From Eledone cirrhosa (Eukaryota): 64,000 nucleotides of DNA. A program made the translations under genes and the position numbers. Where the stretch lies: contig OZ024742.1 in the NCBI GenBank assembly GCA_964016885.1, positions 112,406,001-112,470,000 on the forward strand, read 5' to 3'. Of the stretch, positions 55,552 through 64,000 are shown in pieces. How positions within the stretch are numbered: position 1 is the stretch's first letter; each line of letters starts with the position of its first letter. Under the pieces are notes generated by a model. It was not told the origin of the DNA and searched no databases. It saw nothing but the letters and a program-made list of their open reading frames with translations.

Positions 55552-58340
55552 GGATGTCAGACTGTGAAGAGGGCTTTTGTGAGCTTTGTGAGTTGGTTAA
55601 TCTTCAAGTGTTTACATTTAATTACTTTCCGTATGTTTTACGATAAGCGGTCAACAGACACCCGTTATTGCCCTTTGTAAGAGTGACCCCGTAATATTTG
55701 GGAATTTGGGGCCAAATATTTGAACACTATTCTATTTTTTTAAATTTCCTTTCCTCAAAAAAATAAAACATTGACGAGACACGCCCCTAACTTTATGTCA
55801 GCTTTCGAGTGACAGCGACTTAAACGTCCATCGAAGTAACACTGCCCCTCCCACAACCATTAGAAAAACCAAACCTACATTAGGCAGTATCACGAACAGC
55901 AGCACCAATAACATAAATAACCACAATAACAACACTAAAAACAGTGAAAAGACTAATGCGAACAATAATTTAACCACCAACAACAACAGCATCAACAACA
56001 AAAACACCATCGACAACAGTAACAACAACATTAAAAACGAGAACACTCAGCAAAACAGCAGCACTAAACAGAAAACAACAACAGCAATACCAACGTAAAC
56101 AAGATTATTTTCACAGCCACAGCAGCAAAGCGTCCAATGCCATACAATGTTGACTTAACTGAAGGAAAAAAAAGGAAAAAAATTCCCCCGGCGGAAAAAA
56201 ATTGACTAGAGTAAAGATTTTGCCACATTAAACGTCCCGACTGAGTTGATGGCAGCAAACGAGAGTAAAACACTGAAATATAGATGCATTTCTGTGACAT
56301 CTCGAAATGCCGAGATAGCCTCTGATTTGTAGATGTATCACTGAAACGCATCAATGATGACATAGAGCATATAGCAAGAATCAAACAATTTGGGAGGATC
56401 TTAGTGTCTTTCAAAACTGAAACCCTTGCTATCAGGCATTCTGTAGTCCCTCGCAAAACGAACTAAATAAGCATGTGCCCGTCCTACATGGGGAGGAAGA
56501 GAGTAATGTTCTGAATTCCTAGGATTCCGTAGGGACTAGAGTTATGGTGGCTCATGGGATGCGTGGGGTCAGAGGGCCCTGACGCCCTTCTCGACGTCAA
56601 ATTTGCAAAGGGGGAGAGATGGACAGGGACTAGTTCGGAGATTCCTCTCCAAATCAGAACCGAAGATATCAAACATATCTCGTACCACATCAAACTACCC
56701 GACAGATATGAAATCCAGGTAGTCAGTGAGAGCAAACGACAGCGCTGTTTCGTTTGTCGTGAAGCCACGCATCTGCCTATCTTTTTGCTCCCAGCTGTGA
56801 ACGGCAGAGGGACCCAAGACCGGTGCCGGGACAAAAGAAAACACCAACACCAGCAACAGCAATAGTAAAGGAAACAACACCACCACCAGCAACAACAACA
56901 CCGAAAAGAACCACTAATTCCATCCGGGGAGTCAGCGAAACAATCTCTCCCCTTGCCTGTCTTACAAACCTACACACACACAGACCAACACTCACTTATC
57001 TGTAAACACGTACTCACTCACCTCTAACACAGTGTACTCATATACCAGTTCCTCTCATCCACAGGTGAACAAGAGGGGAACCACAAAACAAACAAAAAAC
57101 ACAAAAAAAAAAGAAAACAAATCTCACATCAACAATCACACAAAACACACCCACAACAAACACAGGCACACCTACAACATCAACACCACAACCCTCAAAG
57201 TAACACAACCAACAACAACAACACGAACCCTACCTCATGTCATGCCCCACAAAAGAAAACACAGCCAGACACCATCAAAGACAAAAACACCCAACTTCCT
57301 GTTACTACGAAGGGTCAACAAATGGTAAAGACATTGAGAGAGATGCGGACATTTTCAGCACCAGCAGCTTTAAAGTGACCCAAACATTGTGGGTGGTGTG
57401 GTTGCAATATACACCCACAAAAACTTTAGGCATATCTTCGCCTACGATGTGGCGTTCCTTAACATGAAAGCGTTGGTCGAACCATGTTTTTCGAAACAAA
57501 CACCCACCCCCAACATGTGGATAAGAATAAGGTTACGAAAAGTTTTGCCACTCTCACCAAGAAATGGGCCGAGAGGAAGCTGTCCCTGAAAAATCGGGAG
57601 AGGTTGCGAACGAGTACAGCGCATCCGTCATCTACTAGCGTCTGACCGTCGTGCCTTTTCCCCGTTCGTGTCACATCACATTTGAACGGCTTTTATTCAG
57701 TTTCTCGTGGAGGGGAAATGTTCTGTTGATGAGATGGTCAATCTGCTGCAAGCACACTTTAAATGTAGTGCTGAGCATGCCGTTGCTAATGATGCGCAAA
57801 CATGCGCGGAGGCTGTGGTATCTCCAGATATGCTGCCTAAACGCTCAATATATGTAGTCGCTGTTTGTGAGACAGGCCATTCCGCAGCTCGTCTCTTTCA
57901 CTGAGCTGCAGTCCTGGGTCAAGAATGGTCCGAGAATACGCGCCTTTTATCTGAAATTTTGCCAGATGCTCACTGCCCTTTACTAGGTGGGCAATGCTCT
58001 CAGTAGAACTTTCAGTGTCACGTAATATAAAGTGTTAATGTCGAACATGTGGTACGATGTACTTGGAGAGGCTTTACGAGTCGATGTTGTGGAACTGATC
58101 AGGCTGTCACGGATGACTGTCGCGCCGGGGAAGATGGATATCTTACAGAAATCTCTCAATTGGCAGTGCTGCCGCGTGCCAGCTGTTATCGTGTGTAGAA
58201 CTGATCTAGCTATCGACCGGGTCCGTAGTGAAGATCATCCCACCACCTTCATTTGACTGAGAAGGGCAAACAGTTTTTCTCAGTCTGGTGGGTGGTACGA
58301 AAGATGTTGTCTGGATGACCAGGTTGAAAGGATGGAAGAC
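55552..58340 (+). mobile_element. Second, internally deleted Tx1-like element
   Basis: ORF1-like VPSYMGR..ERWTGT..KRQRCFVC parallels IPTYCGQR..ENWTGS..RRPRCHGC; 57550-58340 matches 54170-55090. Confidence 0.8.
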
Positions 58341-59502
58341 ATAATTGCACACGTATATACTTATGCAGCCAAGTATGCAAATTTCCGTATGCGTAAGTAG
58401 AAATTTGTGAGCATTCCTGTGTATACGTGTGTGTACTTGTAAGTCAGTGTGGCGTCATTCTTTCCTGTCACAATAGCTTTGACCCTTTGCTACCTAAACA
58501 GAGAGAATGTTAACGTAAATGTGTGTGACCCACTCCTCTATAAAGATTCTAACAACGGAGGATTGCCAATCTTGCGTTGCTATGAAATTTAGTTCCTTCG
58601 TAAAACATGTTCTCGTTTTCAACTCCGCTAGGTTTGTATTTTAATGATAGTGTTTAGAGAAATTTCACTAAATATATTTAAAATAAACTGAAGTAAAATA
58701 TAATCGAAACCGTACCGCTGGATTATTTTACGTTAGTGTGTCGCAATGTACATAGTAAGAATACATCAAATAAGGCCTTCAGAGAGGGAGGCACACACTT
58801 AAATAATACGTCAGTTTTGATTGAAGTCAGGTTGACAAAGGTTAACAAACATAGTGGACCTTACGAAAGCTATATTTGAATACGAGTTAACCTATGACTT
58901 TTGTTAATGTTCTGCCAGACCGAAGTAATAGACCATTCAAGAAGTAGCATATTTTTACATAAGTTCCTATTGAACTGGGCAAATTATCACCACTAAAATC
59001 AAATACGAAATGGAATAATGGAAATGAAAACAAAGAAATAGAATAATTGAGAATAAGTGAATACGTCGAGGTGAAGGATAGTGTGAAAGCGAGTGACAGG
59101 CAGAAAAACATAGAGAAAGAGATAGATATGCAATAGAAAAACAAACAGATGGATACATGAATAGAAATTCGCATAGATAAATGAAGAACCAAGATACAGA
59201 TCAAAAGAAATGAAATAAAAGGATGTTTCTGGCTTCAAATCACTGTTATGAGTATTAGGTGAAACTGCTGTACTATAAATCTAAAGTTTTAATGATTTAA
59301 ATGAAAACGAAATATCCAAGTAAGGAAATGCGTTCATGACACCTGTCATACACAGAAACCAAATTATTTAACTTACCGCTATCACAAATCACTCTTGAAT
59401 AAGATTTACCATAGCAGTATAGATTTAAAGCTTAGTCCACAACTCTCAATCATAGAACAGGAATATATGAAAAGGTTCTTCCGAATGAAAAGGGAAGAAA
59501 GG

Positions 59503-59550
<48 letters not shown>

Positions 59551-59869
59551 TTATATATATATATATATATTCATACATAAATGTGTGAGCGTGTGTGTGT
59601 ATATGTGTATGTGCGTGTGTATGTATGTGTGAAAATAAATAACGCATTGTCAATGTAAGTAGTAAGAAACTAATAAATTTATTACTATTCAAATTGTTCG
59701 TTATTGAACGAATTATACCTTCAAAAGACTACATGGTTAAATAGATCTGTCTATATATTTCTCTTTATCCATATATATATATCGACAGTCGACGCCAATA
59801 CCCCAGAACATAACGAGTGGAGTGGAGCTCGTGAAATCGGACCGAGGAAACAATGTTTCCATTGGTCTT

Positions 59870-60010
59870 TCCAATTGCTAATACCATCTATTGGTCGCAA
59901 ATCCAGGCAGAAGGAGCTACGTGAAATTAAGTGTATTGCTCAATGACATAAGGCATCACCCGGTCCGCGATTCGAAATCGCAAACTCACGATTTCGGATC
60001 CACTTCACCA
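59870..60010 (-). mobile_element. Old SINE fragment of a different family
   Basis: aagtgtattgctcaatgaca..gattcgaaatcgcaaactc resembles a reversed tRNA B-box plus SINE core. Confidence 0.5.
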
Positions 60011-60198
60011 AGGCCGTATGTAGTTGACAGAAGAGAGAACAGATTACTCAATACTGAAGTAGAGATTAAGTATTCATTTTCTCAAGGCTAAGGAGTCAAT
60101 ATTGTTACTCTGAATGGTCACGCGTTTCTCAGGGCTTATCTGAAGGTGATTCTGCGAGAAGTATATGAAACTCCAGAGTAACATGACTCCTTGTTCAA

Positions 60199-60301
<103 letters not shown>

Positions 60302-60507
60302 TATATATATATATGTATATATATATATAGTAAGGTGTATTATTGGTTGTGTCATACGGTCCAATAACATTTTGTTAGCGATATTAAGTTCTCCACGCTT
60401 TTGTATATCTCCAATTCCATTTATGGGAACAGCTAGATGATGTAAAACGGAGTATTTGTATCAAAATAAAGATTCGAAGGCATTGTATAAATTTCCCATC
60501 ATTTTAA

Positions 60508-60581
60508 TCACGATACATGTTTCAATACGAGATAGATCGATCGTGCGGCCATGATCGATTATCACTGATCTCGTCAGGTGA
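60508..60581 (-). ncRNA. Type I hammerhead ribozyme
   Basis: tcac-CTGACGA-gat..atcgatcatg.gccg.cacgatcgat..att-GAAA-catgta-TC-gtga overlapping ATTAAA. Confidence 0.72.
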
Positions 60582-61839
60582 AAATGAATTGTCTACAAAT
60601 CCTTGATATGGGGGAGAACATTTAACAATGTTCACTCACTAGAGTTTTGTCCCCCATATGAAGAGTAAGCAGCCAAAACACGCCGACTGCTATCGTCCTC
60701 CGTTAGGGTCATACAACTATCAAGTCTCTATCTCTCGATAGCTGTAAAAGACGCTGGACGGGTCTAATCTCAACATCAAATCTTTAGAATTTCAGTCGGT
60801 CACAGTTAGTGTGAGTGAGTACACACACACTCACACACACCGACGTGAGGTCGAAGAAAACAAATATATACAAACCAAAAGTTAGTATTCACCGAAAGTT
60901 AGTTTACAAAACAACAAATGTTATATTGCTCAAATCTCCATTTGATGATGTAAATTGGGTCAACCGCAACCCTATACACACGCAAGTAAATTCAGTTCAA
61001 TGATCTGCTATACGTGTATCGATTGAATTGTAAATAGTGTATGCTTTGGTATATACACATCTGTGTGAAGAGCAAGTAGTCAGCTCACATCGAACTCTGT
61101 ATGTGCCGTTGTGTCATTGAGAATCTGAGTCCCCAAATCTGTGCGTGCAAGCAGCCGCCATGTAGGCCACCAAGGGGCTCTGTGTAGGGTTGGGTAAAGG
61201 TGTCAGTATGTGCGTTTTCCCGTCATATGGGCCCTTGGAGGGGGTGTGTTATCTAACACAGAAATAAAATAAAATAAAATAAAATAAAATAAAAAAAGAA
61301 TAGCAAAACCCCGATGTGTGTAAGCCCCTTAATGGCGTGTAAGTAATATTGTCCAATCAGTAACCGTGAGCACTCCATAGTTAGATAATCACGGATCAAA
61401 ACCTAGTTGTGTGTTCAATTAATATGATCGTAACCAGTCATAACTGTGGGAACTCCGTGTCTAAAGAAACCGGGTACTGTGTGTAGAGTCATGTATAAAG
61501 AGCGTATTCGGTCTTAACTGAGTGTGTAATACGTCTAACTATTTACTAACCGAGAGAACTCAAAGGTTAGGTTATTCTAAAGTAATGATGAAAGCGCCTA
61601 ATCGGTCTTAACTGAGTGCGTAATCATTCTAACTATTTACTAACTAGGTATTCTAAAGTAGTGGTAAATGTGCACTCAGCTGTGAGAACTCAGTGGAAAC
61701 AAACCGAGTACCGTTTGTAAGTGCGCAAACGATCTAAGCTGTCTACTACCTGAGTGTGTGATTGTCTGTTTTGTGCTAATTGAGAGAACTCTATGGATAA
61801 GGTAAAAAGGGAGGAGTTAGTGGTAGGTTACTTTCCAAA

Positions 61840-62520
61840 TATCCTGCGTAAGGTTTTCGAGCGTCTACGTTGGCAGTTGCTGAAAACATCCACTCTCCTA
61901 TTGATTAATAGGGGGCCACCTCTAATAATATTAAATGTTTCAGCTATACATACATTACAGACGCCCGTGCTGCCGTTATAAGGCTGGGCTGAGCAAATTA
62001 TGGACCAGGATAAGGAGCGCTCTATATTCTGTTGTTTAAGCTTTCAGACTAATTCAGAAAACGCCGTGCTATTTATTTTATCGAACCTATTAAAGGTATG
62101 GCCGTGATTATACCATCTACCCTTAAATTCAGTGGCAGTTGCCCCAACATACCTGAAGGTTCTATCTAAAGTGGAGACCTTACAGTCGTAGACTATGTAT
62201 TTGGTGAGACATTTCCCAGCTTGGGGCAAGTGGCGGTGTTTCTGCAATTACATTTTCTGTTATCGACCTGGGCAGTTCCAGACGAACCACGGTACCTCTG
62301 GTGTCGGGTCTCAGTTCTAGTCTGCTCTATGGGTAAGTTCCCAGGGGCTGGCTTGACCCGACTCGCCTCACGCGTATGAGTCCGTTCATCCATAGAGCTG
62401 CCATTAAACTGGTTATAAATATTAAAATAACGGTGGTAGACAGAAATAATTTTAATGTAACATTTATTACAACAGAAATATTTATCATTCTATATTGCTC
62501 CCTTTTGGACAATTACTGCA
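61840..62520 (-). pseudogene. Penelope-like GIY-YIG fragment
   Basis: CNCRNTATCP, GKCLTKYIVYDCKV, YVGATATEFKGRWYNH, STAFS. Confidence 0.88.
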
Positions 62521-63370
62521 TCCACACGAGAACTAATTTTTTTCCAGCTGCCGACACCTCCGCTGATTTTGCATCTTGCTCACTCAATGGAGTCCTTCAA
62601 ACTGTTGGCTCTCGAGAATGGTGAAACATTGGTCCTTGATTGAAGTACTCCCCATAAAGATTAATCGGGAAGGTTGTGATCTGGGCTATTACTGGGCCAG
62701 GTGTTGGCCCTCACAAAAAATAAGACCTTCTCAGCAAGGAAAGCCAGAGGTACTTTTGACCCATGTTATGGTGAAGAATCGTGATTGAGCACCATATTGT
62801 CAACCCAAACCTCTGCTCCATCTAAGGCAACATAGAGTTCTTCAGGATATCTAGATAGTTCTTTGTGCCGATCTTTAAGCCAAATGCAATGAAGTGTGGT
62901 TCCATTACACATCACTCACTTACCAAGCATCAGAGGGGCAGGATTCTTAGTCTCAACCGCATACGGGGGCAGATCGATTGTATGCAATCATTCGAGAACT
63001 CCTTCTCATCCACACACACGAGAGTTTTCCCTGCATGTTGATGCTTGATGAATGACAGAAGATTTGGTCTTCTCTCGGCTCTGATTGTTTGGGTCTTGCA
63101 TGTTAGGAGGTTACAGTACTGGACACCGTGGAAAGGGACACATTGCGTTTATTTGCAAGAAATATCATAGATGTTGATGGATTTGCTTCAATCAAGTGTT
63201 TGAGGCGAACGAGAAACTTCAATCACTTGGAACTTGGAATCACTTCAAATGTTGTGTTCTTTCCTATCAATCTTTCCTTCTCCTTTAAACTGTTTATACA
63301 CACGATAAACTGTTGCTTTTGGAAGTTTAGTAAACTTCAAAACTTTATTGGCAGGATTCTGTTGTTCCAT
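62520..63370 (-). pseudogene. Decayed Tc1/mariner transposase
   Basis: N-terminal HTH-like LPKATVYRVYKQFK; GLKIGTKNYLDILK; HDSSP.H; WPSNSPDHNLPD..LWG (third catalytic residue D suggests maT/rosa-type). Confidence 0.8.
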
Positions 63371-64000
63371 GGCTTTCTCTTGTCTAATAGGTTCGAGGAG
63401 GATTACATTTTCAAGCAAGCAAGCTTTAGTCAATAAAGGAAATGTTAAAAGCACCAGTAATGCACTGGGATAGCTGCCGGCGTTGTACCAAAAGCAGAAA
63501 CAATTATTAAACTTTTTATTTATATATATGTAAGACTTTGGATGTATTTGTGCGTTTATGTATGTATAAATATATATAACTAGTTATTTAATGAATAGTT
63601 AAGTGTATGTCTATGTTGAAATGATGTATCCATTCAATCACCGACGTATTTTATTAAGCTAGGTATTGGGCAGATATCAACAGTACTGGTGTCTCTTTTA
63701 TAGTGTGAAAGCTAATCCAGAGACATTCGAGTCATGAATTCTGACGTTTCTCTTCCACATTGGCAATTCAATATCTTTTCAAATAATTCATTCTGATTTA
63801 GCCACAAGGCCAACTATTCCGAGAGAATGGAAAATCGATTAAATCGACCTCATGGTGTTACTGGGAATTTATGTCATCCTTAAGTGGTCGATAACTAAAT
63901 TTCCCATAACGTGCTTGGACCGATTTACCTGACTGTCACTTCCCACACAGCTGCATTTCCATTGTGAATGACACATGTCTGAATTAAAGACTGGAATTTA

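Overview
AT-rich, repeat-saturated animal genomic DNA. The SINE sequences and (TA)n load look like an octopod cephalopod (inference, not a database match). I found no host protein-coding gene; most listed ORFs are translated microsatellites. Recognisable content: several decayed Penelope-like retroelements (RT plus GIY-YIG), Tx1-like LINEs, a Tc1/mariner remnant, a non-autonomous Helitron, a MITE and tRNA-derived SINEs. The main signal is about 25 hand-folded type I hammerhead ribozyme (HHR) motifs in roughly 17 unrelated sequence contexts. Most lie in short non-coding modules between (TA)n tracts, as foldbacks, permuted monomers (431 and 595 bp) or a 700-bp tandem array. Several families share non-canonical cores across copies (U3-A8, A4, C4). 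All folds were done by eye and activity is untested.
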